In this document: one piece after another, positions 42,429 to 53,395 of the stretch
Layout: every line of letters begins with the position of its first letter
How positions within the stretch are numbered: the stretch's first letter is position 1
Assembly (NCBI GenBank): GCA_963849325.1
Contig: CAWKHF010000005.1
Location: 224,001 to 288,000, forward strand
Direction: 5' to 3'
Origin: an uncultured Planctomycetota bacterium
GTDB taxonomy: Bacteria > Planctomycetota > Planctomycetia > Gemmatales > Gemmataceae
DNA length: 64,000 nucleotides
Made by a program: the position numbers and the translations under genes
The notes under the pieces: generated by a model
What the model was told of the DNA's origin: nothing
Seen by the model: the letters and a program-made list of their open reading frames with translations, nothing else
Database searches by the model: none

Positions 42429-43601
42429 ATGCCAGGCAATACGTTTGGACACCTGTTCCGCGTGACGACCGGCGGCGTCAGCCACGGTCCCGGTTACGCC
42501 GTCATCATCGATGGCTGTCCGCCGGGACTGCCGCTGAGCGGCGACGACCTGCTGCCGGACCTGCGTCGTCGCCGGCCGGGCCAGTCGAAGCTGGTCACGC
42601 AGCGCGACGAGGAGGACGCGCCGGAGATCTGGTCCGGCGTCTTCGACGGGCGGACCGACGGCACGCCCATCACCATCCTGTTCCGCAACACCGATCAGCG
42701 CAGCCACGATTACGGCGATATCAAGGACAAGTATCGTCCCGGCCACGCCGACTTCACCTTCGACGCCAAGTACGGCCTGCGCGACTACCGCGGCGGCGGT
42801 CGATCGAGCGCCCGCGAGACCATTTGCCGCGTCGCCGCCGGCGCCGTCGCCAAGAAACTGCTCGCCGGCCACGGCGTTCGCGTCCTCGGCTACGTCAAGC
42901 AGGTCGGCGACGTGATCGCTAACGTCCCCGAGCCGTCGGCGGTCACGCTGGAGCAGGTCGAGGCGACGCCGGTGCGCTGTCCCGACCCGGAAGCGGCGGC
43001 GCGGATGATCGCGCTGATCGACGAGGTGCGCAAGGACCAGGACTCAATCGGCGGCGTCTGCGAGTTGGTGGCGGTCGGCGTGCCGCCGGGGCTGGGCGAA
43101 CCCGTCTTCGACAAGCTCAAGGCCGACCTCGCCAAGGCGCTATTGTCGCTGCCGGCGGTGATGGCGTTCGAGTACGGCGCCGGCTTCGGCGTGGCGACGG
43201 CGCGCGGCAGCGCCAATAATGACATTTTCATCCGCAAGGAGGAACATATCGGCACAGTAACGAATCGACATGGCGGTATGCTTGGCGGCATCAGCAGCGG
43301 CGAGCCGATCGTCTGTCGCGTCGCCATCAAGCCGACCAGCAGTCTGTCGCGGCCGCAGCCGACCGTGACGCGCAGCGGCGAGCCGACCGAGATCGCCACG
43401 CGCGGCCGACATGATCCGTGTCTGCTGCCGCGCTTCGTGCCGATGGGCGAGGCCATGATCGCGCTGGTGCTCGTCGATCACTGGCTGCGCTGGCGAGCCA
43501 GTGCGGTTGCGGGAACGGTTATGCTGCGGATCGGCCACGCGAATAACGGAGTACCGAGCTTCCCTGCCCTGCGTGAGGCGGCTGCCGAGTTGTGTCGTTA
43601 G
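42429..43601 (+). CDS. aroC: Chorismate synthase
   Basis: [49 protein letters not shown]. Confidence 0.95.
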   Translation: MPGNTFGHLFRVTTGGVSHGPGYAVIIDGCPPGLPLSGDDLLPDLRRRRPGQSKLVTQRDEEDAPEIWSGVFDGRTDGTPITILFRNTDQRSHDYGDIKDKYRPGHADFTFDAKYGLRDYRGGGRSSARETICRVAAGAVAKKLLAGHGVRVLGYVKQVGDVIANVPEPSAVTLEQVEATPVRCPDPEAAARMIALIDEVRKDQDSIGGVCELVAVGVPPGLGEPVFDKLKADLAKALLSLPAVMAFEYGAGFGVATARGSANNDIFIRKEEHIGTVTNRHGGMLGGISSGEPIVCRVAIKPTSSLSRPQPTVTRSGEPTEIATRGRHDPCLLPRFVPMGEAMIALVLVDHWLRWRASAVAGTVMLRIGHANNGVPSFPALREAAAELCR

Positions 43602-43620
43602 TCGAAGAAAAGGTGGTCGG

Positions 43621-44190
43621 ATGGCGGAGATCTATGTTAGTACCGATGTCGAGGCGGACGGCCCTATCCCCGGCCCGCATTCGATGCTCAGCTTCGCCTC
43701 GGCCGCGTACCGAGAGGACAAGACACTCGTCGCAACGTTCGCGGCCAACTTGATGGTGTTGCCAGGCGCCAGAGGCGATCCGAAGACGATGGCGTGGTGG
43801 CAAAACCAGCCCGAAGCGTGGGCCATGTGCCGCATCAATCTCCGAGAACCCGCTGTCGTCATGCCCGAATATGTAGCGTGGCTGAAGTCGCTGCCGGGCA
43901 AGCCCGTGTTCGTGGCGTATCCGGCGGCCTATGATTTTATGTTCGTGTATTGGTACTTGATGCGATTTGCTGGCGAGAGTCCGTTCTCGCATTCGGCCTT
44001 GGACATCAAGAGCTACGCTATGGCTCTCTTAGGCACGGAATACCGCGAGTCGGTCAAGCGTAACATGCCGGCCAAGTGGTTCGACGACCTGCCCCACACG
44101 CACGTTGCTCTTGACGATGCCAAGGGACAAGGGGCATTGTTCTGCAACATGCTGGCTGCGCACTCTCGCTCAATTATCCCCGCCGAATAA
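43621..44190 (+). CDS. DEDDh 3'-5' exonuclease
   Basis: [22 protein letters not shown]. Confidence 0.85.
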   Translation: MAEIYVSTDVEADGPIPGPHSMLSFASAAYREDKTLVATFAANLMVLPGARGDPKTMAWWQNQPEAWAMCRINLREPAVVMPEYVAWLKSLPGKPVFVAYPAAYDFMFVYWYLMRFAGESPFSHSALDIKSYAMALLGTEYRESVKRNMPAKWFDDLPHTHVALDDAKGQGALFCNMLAAHSRSIIPAE

Positions 44191-44273
44191 GCGGAGACCC
44201 CTCGGAGGACGAAGCCAAGACGCGGCAAGCCAACTCCGCGGCAGATCGGTGACGTTAGCGCGAGAGGGATCCC

Positions 44274-46583
44274 ATGCTCCGCGAGGAACAGATCGATATC
44301 CGCCGGCGGCGCGCGGCCGAGGAGCATTTCCGTATTCAGAACCTCGGCCGCAATCGCGTCTTCAGCGACTACCAGATCAGCAATCCGACGAGCGGCGGAC
44401 AGTATCGCGTCAGCATTCGCGGCTTCAACGTCGGCGACAATACCTGCGAATGTCCGGATTTCCGCACCAACACGCTGGGCACCTGCAAACACATCGAGGC
44501 CGTGCTGGCCTCGCTGCGCGAGGAGACGCCGCCGCAGCTGCGCCGCCGCAAGGCCGCCGTCACCCATCCGGAAATTTATCTCCACTACGGCGAGCAGCTC
44601 CGCATCGGTCTGCACCTGCCGCCGCGCCACTCCGACCAGCTTCGCGCCCTGGCCGAGGCGTTCTTCGATCCGCGCGGCCTGTGGAAGGGCGGCGACGCCT
44701 ACCAAAAACTGATCGAACTGGCCGAGCAGGTGCCGGAGCAGGTGACGATCTTCTCCGATGCCATGGACTTCATGGAACGCGAGATCGAGCGCTGCGACAT
44801 GGCCCAGCGCGAACACGACCTACTCGAACAACTCCAGCGAAGCGAGAAAGAAGGCGGCGAGCTACCGGAGGCGCTGCGCGACCTGCTGGCGGTGCCGTTG
44901 TATCCCTACCAGATGCGGGGAGCGTTGTTCCTGGCCTGCCGCGGCCGCAGCATTCTCGGCGACGACATGGGATTGGGAAAGACCGTCCAGACCCTGGCGG
45001 CGGTCGAACTGCTGGTGCGCGAGCGCGGTATCGAGCGTGTGCTGGTGGTGGCGCCGGCGTCGGTGAAATACCAGTGGGAGACGGAGATCCGCAAATACAC
45101 CGGGCGCGGCGTGCAGGTCATTGACGGTACGGGGCAGGAGCGACGCGCCCTGTACCGCCGGCCGACGTTTTATCGTCTCATCAACTACGAGATCGCCATG
45201 CGCGATCTCGACGAGCTGAACGCCTGGCAGCCGGACCTGATCGTGCTCGACGAGGCGCAGCGCATCAAGAACTGGGAGGCGAAAACGACGCGGGCCGTCA
45301 AGCGTCTGCGCAGCCGTTACGCCGTCGTCCTGACCGGCACGCCGCTGGAGAACAAGCTGGAAGAGCTGTACAGCATCGTGCAGTTCGTCGATGATCGGCG
45401 GCTCGGACCCGCCTTCCAGTTTTTGCACGACCACCGCCTGTTGGACGCCGACGGCAGGCTGATCGGCTATCGCAATCTCGATAAGGTCCGCGACAAGCTG
45501 GCGCCGATCCTGTTGCGGCGGACACGGGCGGAAGTGCTGTCGCAGTTGCCGGCCCGCACCGACACGACTGTCTACGTCGAGATGGCCGACGCCCAGCGCG
45601 GCCCCTACGCCGAGCATGGCCATACCCTGGCGCGGCTGCTGCAAAAGAAGTATCTCAGCGAGGTCGATCGCCGCCGCATTCTCGCTTGCGTCACCAACCT
45701 ACGTATGTTGTGCGACAGCACCTTCCTGCTCGATAAGCAGACGCAGGTGTCGCCGAAGCTGGAGGAGCTGGAGGAACTGCTTCGCCAATTGCTCGGTTCA
45801 GGACCGCACAAGGTTGTCATTTTCAGTCAATGGGAGCTGATGCTGCGGCAGGCGGTGCAAGTGGTGGAGAAGCTAGGCGTCGGTTACGCCGTGCTGCACG
45901 GCGGCATCCCCGGCAAGGAGCGGCGCGGCCTGCTCGAGCGCTTCCGCGACGACCCGGACTGCCGCGTGTTCCTGAGCACCGACGCCGGCGGCACCGGACT
46001 GAACTTGCAGGCGGCGGACACGGTCGTCAACCTGGAAGTGCCGTGGAACCCGGCCGTGTTGGAGCAGCGCATTGCGCGGGTGCATCGCATGGGCCAGCAT
46101 CGGCCGGTGCAGGTGTTCAACCTGGTGATGCGCGACAGCATCGAGGAGCGCGTCTTGCGGACGCTGGCCGTCAAACGCTCGCTGTTCGCCGAGATTTTCA
46201 CGGGCAGCAACGAGGAGGTGATCTTCGCCACGCTGGGCCAGCAGGCGTTTCTGGAGACGGTGCGCGGACTGGTCGGCGAGGCCAAGCCGGCGGAGACGGC
46301 CGCTCCGGTGCCGGTGCCGGTCGAGCCGGCGAACGATCCGCGCCAGGCCGTGGTCCAGGCCGGCGTGCAACTGCTGGAAGCGCTGGCGGCACTGGTTGGC
46401 GGTGCGTCACCTCCGTCGGCGGAGGCGAACGGTAACGGAGTGTCACCGCTGACATCATGGCTGACGACGGATGCGCAAGGTCGTCCGGTGCTGCAACTGC
46501 CCGTGCCGTCGTCGGAGGTCGTGCAGCGCGGGGCGGCGGCGCTGCGGACCATTCTGCAAAAGTTTATCCCTCCGGCCGGTTAA
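44274..46583 (+). CDS. SWIM zinc-finger SNF2-family helicase
   Basis: CECPDF..CKH; DDMGLGKT, LDEAQRIKN, LTGTPLEN, GLNLQAA, QRIARVHRMGQ. Confidence 0.92.
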   Translation: MLREEQIDIRRRRAAEEHFRIQNLGRNRVFSDYQISNPTSGGQYRVSIRGFNVGDNTCECPDFRTNTLGTCKHIEAVLASLREETPPQLRRRKAAVTHPEIYLHYGEQLRIGLHLPPRHSDQLRALAEAFFDPRGLWKGGDAYQKLIELAEQVPEQVTIFSDAMDFMEREIERCDMAQREHDLLEQLQRSEKEGGELPEALRDLLAVPLYPYQMRGALFLACRGRSILGDDMGLGKTVQTLAAVELLVRERGIERVLVVAPASVKYQWETEIRKYTGRGVQVIDGTGQERRALYRRPTFYRLINYEIAMRDLDELNAWQPDLIVLDEAQRIKNWEAKTTRAVKRLRSRYAVVLTGTPLENKLEELYSIVQFVDDRRLGPAFQFLHDHRLLDADGRLIGYRNLDKVRDKLAPILLRRTRAEVLSQLPARTDTTVYVEMADAQRGPYAEHGHTLARLLQKKYLSEVDRRRILACVTNLRMLCDSTFLLDKQTQVSPKLEELEELLRQLLGSGPHKVVIFSQWELMLRQAVQVVEKLGVGYAVLHGGIPGKERRGLLERFRDDPDCRVFLSTDAGGTGLNLQAADTVVNLEVPWNPAVLEQRIARVHRMGQHRPVQVFNLVMRDSIEERVLRTLAVKRSLFAEIFTGSNEEVIFATLGQQAFLETVRGLVGEAKPAETAAPVPVPVEPANDPRQAVVQAGVQLLEALAALVGGASPPSAEANGNGVSPLTSWLTTDAQGRPVLQLPVPSSEVVQRGAAALRTILQKFIPPAG

Positions 46584-46654
46584 TTGCCTTTTGCAGCGGA
46601 GCGACGAGAACAAGCCAAGCCAGTCCGATGTTGAAGGAGGCGAAAGGATGAGCG

Positions 46655-47014
46655 ATGACGACCGAATCTCCCTCCGGTAGTCCCACTCCCGCCACGCCCA
46701 TCCCGACGATCCACGAGGCCGAGTTGGCCTTCGGGCCATCCGGCGGGGTGTGGGCCGGTGCCGAGATCGACTTCGATACCGCCGTGGCACGCCGGCGTGC
46801 CGGGCTGGACGTGGTGATTGCGGGAGAGGACACCGGTGCCAACCGAGGGCTCGCCTACCGGATCGAGGCGGCCGTCGGGCCGCCGAGCCGGCCCCAGCCG
46901 CCTGAACGGCGCGCAGGGCCGCTGGCTTTGCCGCACTTCCACCAGCAGAGCCGGAACCCGAAGGGCCACCTGTTCTACGAAACCGAACACCGCAAGGCGA
47001 GGAAAGGACCATGA
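46655..47014 (+). CDS. Hypothetical protein with PHFH..GHLFY His motif (toxin-like)
   Basis: 119 aa ORF, ATGA overlap with the next gene. Confidence 0.6.
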   Translation: MTTESPSGSPTPATPIPTIHEAELAFGPSGGVWAGAEIDFDTAVARRRAGLDVVIAGEDTGANRGLAYRIEAAVGPPSRPQPPERRAGPLALPHFHQQSRNPKGHLFYETEHRKARKGP

Positions 47015-47550
47015 AGTACTTCACGCCCGAATTAATTGTCGCCTATGGCTCGGCCGATCCCACGACCTGGAAGGAAGCCGAGGTGCGTTGGGATACCGCC
47101 TGCGAACAGTACAATACTTCGCTCGCATCCCTCAAGCCAGCCTTTCCCGTTGGTTTACGCTCTATTGAGGACAGTTATTCTCTGCATGATGCCGTTATCC
47201 GGGGCATGGGTCAACGTGAGGGAACATTCGTTATTGTGCTCCAGCTCGATACGCCGCCCCAACCGCTGCTGACGTTTACCTATGACCTGGTGGAAGGACC
47301 GATCATCCAGAAGGAGGTATTACCGACCGAGTGTTGCAGCACCTACGGACATATCGACTGGCAGTACGACGAGATCGAGAAGGCGTCCGAGCAGCCGCCG
47401 ACCTGGCGACAGTCGATCCTCCTGAGTAACGGCTGGGAGATCGTCCTGCATTTCCGCGATGTCCACGTCGAGGAGGTCCAAGCCCTGATTCCAGCGCCGC
47501 GCGAAAGTACCACTCTACTGCCGGCCGCCGACATGCCCCAAACGGCCTGA
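47011..47550 (+). CDS. Hypothetical acidic protein (MKYFT..LHDA; DUF4085-like by recall)
   Basis: AAGGA RBS, 4-nt overlap, lower GC than neighbours. Confidence 0.65.
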   Translation: MKYFTPELIVAYGSADPTTWKEAEVRWDTACEQYNTSLASLKPAFPVGLRSIEDSYSLHDAVIRGMGQREGTFVIVLQLDTPPQPLLTFTYDLVEGPIIQKEVLPTECCSTYGHIDWQYDEIEKASEQPPTWRQSILLSNGWEIVLHFRDVHVEEVQALIPAPRESTTLLPAADMPQTA

Positions 47551-47598
47551 GCCGCGAGGGATTGGTGGGATAGGAGCGCTTCTCGCAAGCGTACTCAT

Positions 47599-48489
47599 GT
47601 GCCGCGTCGGAACCTCGTCTCGCAAACCCTGGATCCCTGGCAACTCGTGTGGGGACAGCCCCACATCGACAGCGGCACCCTCGCGGCCGCCCTCGAAGAC
47701 GATTTGCAGCGAAATCCCTGTCCGGATTACCGGACCCGTCTGCTCGTCCGCGATGCCGCCCGAGCCATCCGCTCCTTCTGGGGGGCCAAACGCTTCGCCC
47801 ACTGGTTGTCCACAAGCCCCGCGGCGGAACAGATACGTGCTATCCTCAACGAGTCCTTCGACGAGACGGGGTTTCCTCACATTCGGAGAAGGTTGGTGGA
47901 CAGCATCGGGGCCATGCAGGTCCAGCAGATATTCACGCTGCTGGGACAGAACATCCATCACCGCATCGAGGTCTACGTGGCCGGTTCGATCCCCACGCTG
48001 ATCGAGGGATTGACGGCGCGACCGACGGAAGCCATCGACCTCGTGAACGAGGTGCCGGCGGAGATCCGCAAACAACGCGCGATCCTGCGGAAGATCCAGA
48101 CCGATTACGGCTTGCGCCTGGCACACGTTCAGTCGCATTACCTTCCGGCCGGCTGGGAGGACCGTCGTCGCTTCCTGGGAGATTTCGGCGGGCTGCGTGT
48201 CTACCTGGTGGACGCCTACGACATCTTCGTCAGCAAGCTCTCCAGCAAGCAAGAAAAGCACAAGGACGATTTGCGCGTGCTGGCCCCGAAGCTCGACCGG
48301 GAAACGGCCAAACAACGTCTGCTCGGCGCGGGGCGGGCATTTCTCGATGACCCGCGGCAACGGCCGCAGATCGAGGCGAACTGGCAGTTCATCTATCAGG
48401 AACCCCTTGCGGCCGAGAGCGCGAGCGAGGGCGAGGAGCGTCCGGCCGCGTCGAAGCGGAAAAAGCCGCGACGGAAGCATCCGGGTTAG
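47599..48489 (+). CDS. DUF6036-like nucleotidyltransferase-fold protein
   Basis: [34 protein letters not shown]. Confidence 0.7.
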   Translation: MPRRNLVSQTLDPWQLVWGQPHIDSGTLAAALEDDLQRNPCPDYRTRLLVRDAARAIRSFWGAKRFAHWLSTSPAAEQIRAILNESFDETGFPHIRRRLVDSIGAMQVQQIFTLLGQNIHHRIEVYVAGSIPTLIEGLTARPTEAIDLVNEVPAEIRKQRAILRKIQTDYGLRLAHVQSHYLPAGWEDRRRFLGDFGGLRVYLVDAYDIFVSKLSSKQEKHKDDLRVLAPKLDRETAKQRLLGAGRAFLDDPRQRPQIEANWQFIYQEPLAAESASEGEERPAASKRKKPRRKHPG

Positions 48490-49109
48490 CCCTTCGCCCC
48501 GCGCACCAGCCGCGCCGTGATCTCGGCGACGTGGCGGCCCTGAAAGCGGGCGATGGTCAGCTCATTTTCACTGGGCTGTCGTTTGCCATCGGTGCCGGCC
48601 AAGGTCGTGGCGCCGTAGGGGGTGCCGCCGGTGATCTCGTTCATGTTGGTCAAGCCGGCCTCGGAATAGGGCACGCCGACGATAATCATGCCGTGATGCA
48701 AGAGCGTCGTGTGGAAACTGGTGATGGTCGTTTCCTGACCGCCGTGCTGCGAGGCGGTGCTGGCGAAGACGCTGCCGACCTTGCCGATCAGCGATCCCTT
48801 GACCCACAGACCGCCGGTCTGATCGAGGAAATTGCGCATCTGCGCCGCCATGTTGCCGAAGCGCGTCGGGGTGCCGAACAGGATGGCGTCGGCGTCGGGC
48901 AGCTGTTCCGTCTTGGCCAACGGCACGTGCGCGAATGCCTGCCGCGCTGCCTTGGCCCCGCTCTTTTCCAGGGCGGCGTCGGGCACCAGTTCCGCCACCT
49001 GGTACAGCGACACCTCCGCTCCCGGCACCTGGCGGGCGCCCTCGGCCACCGCTTCCGCCATCCGGTAGACGTGGCCGTACATGCTGTAGAAGATCACCTG
49101 GATTTTCAT
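48486..49109 (-). CDS. wrbA: NAD(P)H:quinone oxidoreductase WrbA
   Basis: [30 protein letters not shown]. Confidence 0.95.
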   Translation of the reverse strand: MKIQVIFYSMYGHVYRMAEAVAEGARQVPGAEVSLYQVAELVPDAALEKSGAKAARQAFAHVPLAKTEQLPDADAILFGTPTRFGNMAAQMRNFLDQTGGLWVKGSLIGKVGSVFASTASQHGGQETTITSFHTTLLHHGMIIVGVPYSEAGLTNMNEITGGTPYGATTLAGTDGKRQPSENELTIARFQGRHVAEITARLVRGAKG

Positions 49110-49250
49110 GGGAGTGAACCTCGATGGGACAGACCGTGCCTCCAGGACGGAGATCCCGTCCGGGGTCTCCGTGGAGAGGGTAGGCAAAATTGTATCGCGG
49201 CGGCTCGGAAGAGAAAGGGCGGACGTTTCTCCCCAGTCGGAAGGCAGCAT

Positions 49251-50904
49251 TTAGCCACCCTGGGCGATCAGGTAGCGGTCCAGGTATTCGCGCAGCGCCT
49301 CCCACGATGCCGGCTGGCTGCGAAAGCCCAGGTAGCCGTCCGGACGCACCAGCGCCAGCGCCGTCTCGCGGACACCAAGAAGGGAGCGAACCGAACCGCC
49401 GGAGTCCCACCACACCGACGCGAAGCCATCGCGCTTGTCGGCCGGGATGTCGCCGGGCGCGAGCAGATGGACGCGGAGCAGCCCCGGATACGCCGCCTCC
49501 ACGCGCCGCTGAATGTCGCCCAGCGCCGCGGTGCCGGCGGCGTCGGTCGCGGCCGGCAACAACAGGAGATGGTGCTGGGGACCACGCAGCACGGCGAGCA
49601 AGCGATGCTCCCGGCCCGTTCCCGGCTCGCGCAGCCGGGTGTCCGGCACGCGGTCGCCGGGATGGATGCTGCCGGATGTCCAGTTCGCGCCGGATTCGCC
49701 GTTGAGCGGACTGTGCGGATAATGCACCGCCATCTCGGACAGGCCGCGGACGAAGGCGCGCTGGAAGGGTGGCAGACGTCCCAGCAAGCCGACCAGGCGA
49801 TTGCGGAAGAACTGGCCGACCGGGTTGCGCAGAATGGCCACCCGCGTCAAGCGGGCGGCGTTGCGCAGCACCATCTCGCCGACTTCGCCGCGCTCTTGAC
49901 TGTAACTATCGAGCAGCGGCGACGGCCGAGCGCGACCGGCCTGGACCAAGGCGAGTTTCCAGGCGAGGTTCCAGGCATCCTGCATGCCGGTATTCATGCC
50001 CTGGCCGCCGGCCGGACTGTGAATGTGGGCCGCGTCACCGGCCAGGAAGGCCCGGCCTCGCCGATAGTCGGCCACCTTGCGCCTCGTGGATGCGGAAGCC
50101 CGACAACCAGTGCGGCTCGGACAGGCGCACCCCGGCGGGACCACGTCTGTCCACGATCGCCTGTACCTCGGCCAGCGACGGGTTGGGCGGATGTTCGGCA
50201 CTGCTGGCCAACCCCATGTCGGCGATGATGCGGAAACGGTCGGCGAATGGGAAGAACGCCAGCACTCCCTTGGCGTGCCAGAACAAGCTCAGCTCGTCGC
50301 GCGGGATCGGACCCTCGACGTGGCAGTCGGCCAAGATCCAATCGTTCGGCTCCGCTTCGCCGGTGAACGCCAGTCCCAGCTTCTTGCGGACGGTGCTGTG
50401 CGCTCCATCGCAGCCGAGCAGCCAGTCGCAGCGGACGGATTCCTCGCGGCCGTCCGCGTGTCGCAGCACGGCGACGACGTGATCGCCGTGGTCACTGAAG
50501 TCCGTCAGTTCCACGGGACGTTCGACGTGTACGCCCACGCGCTGCAAGTGCTCGGTGAGCAGCCGCTCGGTTTCGTTCTGGGCGAGCATGAGCGGCCGGG
50601 CATACTCGGTGCCGGCCGGGGCGGGCGTAATGCGGACCAGCAGACGCCCTCCGCCGTGGAGCCGGACGGCATTGAGCAACATGCCGGTGTTCAAAAAGTC
50701 GCCGACGATGCCGAGATCGTCGAGCATCTCCAGGGAGCGGCCCCACAGCACCAGCGCCTTGGACTTGTCCGAAGGCGCCGGGTTGCGGTCGATGAGGCGG
50801 CAGGGCAAGCCGTGATGGTGCAGGTGCGCGGCCAGGGTCAGTCCCACCGGGCCGGCCCCGACCACGAGCGCAGTGCAAGCAGCGGTCGGCGGAGGAGCAG
50901 TCAT
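49251..50904 (-). CDS. FAD-dependent monooxygenase (frameshift near 50085)
   Basis: VVGAGPVGL, GCDGAHSTVR, LAGDAAHIHSPAGGQGMNTG, LVRPDGY. Confidence 0.9.
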
Positions 50905-50982
50905 GCGGTTCCGTCCGTAAAGGCGGGCGACAGGGATGGTGTCCCGACCGGACACCTCTCGCCATTATGACGAGGAGGCGTC

Positions 50983-51947
50983 TCAGGTGAAAGGCGACGA
51001 GCCGGCGACGAGAATGCAGCCAGCCAGGCGGGCACCGTGGGCGGGGATGAGCTGCAACAGCGCGTCGGTCTGCGGCGTCTCGGCTTCCTGCTCGGGCACC
51101 ACCAGATACACCGCATCACAGGCGGCCCCAAGCGCCGTGCCATCGGCTCGGCCGTCCCAGCGCGGCCCATCCACGAGCACCAGCGCCGAGCGTTGACGCA
51201 GCTGGCGCAGCAGCGATCGCATGGTCTCGGCCACAAAACGCACACCGCCGCCGGCGTCTCGACCGCCGGCGGTCAGCGCGAACAGGTTCGCCTGTTCGGT
51301 CGGCCGCACAATTTCGTCCAGCGTTCCGGCGCCGGCCAGCGCCTCGCGCAGTCCGGCGCGGCCGGCAGTCCCAGGCGCTCCGCCACGGCGGGCTGGCGCA
51401 GGTTGGCGTCCACGACGACGACGCGCCGTTCCTGCCGGGCGGCGGCGATCGCCAGGTTGAGCAAGGTCGTCGTGGTCCCGCAGCGAGTCAGCGCCGAGGT
51501 GAACAGCAAGACCGCCGCTCGTTCGCCTGAGGGGGGGGCGTTCCGCATGGCGTCCAGCACGGCGCCGTACTGGCGGGCGGCGGGCTGGTCGGGATCGTGA
51601 TACGCCACCAGTTCCGGAGCGAAGCGTGAGCGCGCCTCCGCTCGGCCGGGCAGGGCACGGAAATGCACGCTTCGCGGTGCCGGCAGGGATGCGCGCGGCT
51701 CATCGACGCGGATCGTGCGCGGCTCCGGGCGCGGCGAAGTCGGCGCGGCGGGCAAACTGGCCAGCACGCTCGCCGACGCTTCCATGCTCTTGTGCGGCCC
51801 CACTTCGATGTAGGGGATCTCTTCGCCGGCGGTGGACGTTGTCTCGGTTTCCGTCGCCGCGACGGCTGGTGCAGGTGCGGTCGCTCGCCCCTCCACCTCG
51901 TCGCGTGTGTTGTCGGCCCGCTTCAAGGCGTCCAGCATTCGGCCCAT
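50983..51947 (-). CDS. CpsD/CapB-like P-loop protein with degenerate Walker A (frameshift near 51355)
   Basis: MGRMLDALKR, FTSALTRCGTTT, VVDANLRQP, LVLVDGP, CDAVYLV. Confidence 0.72.
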
Positions 51948-51986
51948 TCTCATTCCCTCCCCGCGACACCACCCCCCGAGCAACTC

Positions 51987-52969
51987 TCAACCCGATCGAC
52001 TCGCCGACAGGATCAGACGGCAGGAACTCTCCTCCGTCTCGGCCGTCGCGGAGTCCTCGCCGCTGCTCGATCCCTCCAGGCTTTCTGGTGGCCCCGGACT
52101 CGACTCGTGCTCCGCGAGGACGCCGTTGAGTACGGCGACCGGGCCGTTGTCCTCGATCTCTTCCGCCAGGCCGAGAAGGGCGAGCGCTTCCAGGGCGGCC
52201 TCGGCATCGACCTGGGCGGTGCCGGCCTCGGCGGCCAGGCTGAGCGCCTGGTGGGCCGCCTGGTTGAGCAGCCGAGGCAGGCCGCGCGTCTGCCGCGATA
52301 ACAGCTCCAGGGCTTCGTCGGCGAAGAGTCGTTCCGGCCGGCCGCCCGCCACGCGCACGTGATGCAGCAGATAGTCGGCCGCCTCTTGCGGAGCCAACGG
52401 CTCCACCTCGGCGCGGACGGCCAAACGCTGGGCAAACGACGCTAGCTCCGGCCGTCGCAGCGTCTCCAGCAAGGCCGGCTGGCCGACCAGGACCACCTGG
52501 ACCGCCTTGCCCGAAGGGGCTTCCAGGTTGCCCAGAAGACGCAACTCCTCCAGCAAGTCCGGCGTCAAGTGCTGGGCCTCATCAAGGACCAGGATGGTGC
52601 TCCGCCCCTTCTCGTAACCGCGGAGCAGATGGTCCGTCAGGGCCAAACGCATCTCCTGTTCGCCGCGCTGCTGGTAAGGCAGCGACAGGTCGTAGAGAAG
52701 GGCTTGCAGCAAGCCGGCGCGGTCGCCGACGTGGCTGTTGGTCAGGAAGGCGGCGCTCGCCTCCGAACCGAGCCGTTCGAGCAGGCAGTGACACAGCAGG
52801 GTCTTGCCGGTGCCCGGCGCGCGGTGAGGACGACCACGCCTTCGCCGTCGCCCAGGCCGTGCAGCAGACGAGCGAGGGCGCGTTCGTGGCTGGTGGCGGG
52901 ATAGTAGCGGGCCGGGTCCGGCGTGGCCGGGAATGGCCGCTGCCGAAGACCGAAATGCGTCGGATACAT
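51987..52969 (-). CDS. ExeA-family AAA ATPase (frameshift near 52820)
   Basis: HFGLRQRPF..TPDP, GTGKT, LDEAQHL..LEELRLL, LVGQP, GLPRLLNQ. Confidence 0.88.
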
Positions 52970-53103
52970 CGTGCGAATCCCTCGGTCGGCGCTCGATACG
53001 GCGCTGTTATCGAAATCATCGTCGGCTACAGACGCGAACTTGAACGCGACCGCCGGATTCGGCGACGCCGCGGCAACCTTGCGGAGAAGTAACGGAAGGA
53101 CGA

Positions 53104-53132
53104 TTGAAGAGAAGGCGGAAGAGAGGTATCTT
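53104..53132 (+). promoter_or_regulatory. Sigma-70 type promoter of the candidate sRNA
   Basis: TTGAAG-17 nt-TATCTT. Confidence 0.5.
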
Positions 53133-53138
53133 TACGTT

Positions 53139-53204
53139 TGTCGCACTGATTGGGCGACAGTGCGATGAATCGGCCGGCCCCCGTATGGGGCCGGCCCTTT
53201 TTTT
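53139..53204 (+). ncRNA. Candidate ~65-nt small RNA with two hairpins
   Basis: Promoter upstream, TCGCACTG/CAGTGCGA stem, then an intrinsic terminator; both flanking genes are on the minus strand. Confidence 0.5.
53172..53204 (+). terminator. Rho-independent terminator
   Basis: 10-bp GC stem GGCCGGCCCC/GGGGCCGGCC, 5-nt loop, T7 tail. Confidence 0.8.
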
Positions 53205-53219
53205 GCGCCGATCATCGTA

Positions 53220-53381
53220 CCGAGCCGCGACCGTAAGGGAGCGGTTTGGAAACAACCGCTCCCTTAGAGCTGTAGCTTTTTGGCGAGCGGGGGGCGTAAG
53301 CCCCCTGTTTTTCGCCGTCAACAGGGGGCTTACGCCCCCCGCTCGCCTATTTGGTTAGTGCCTCTTACGGTCGCGGCTCGG
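53220..53381. repeat. Family C REP interrupted by a 98-bp insert carrying a family D hairpin (53282-53347)
   Basis: TTA duplicated at 53264-53266 and 53365-53367; removal restores CCGCTCCCTTACGGTCGCGGCTC. Confidence 0.85.
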
Positions 53382-53395
53382 TTTTTCCGTTAGCT

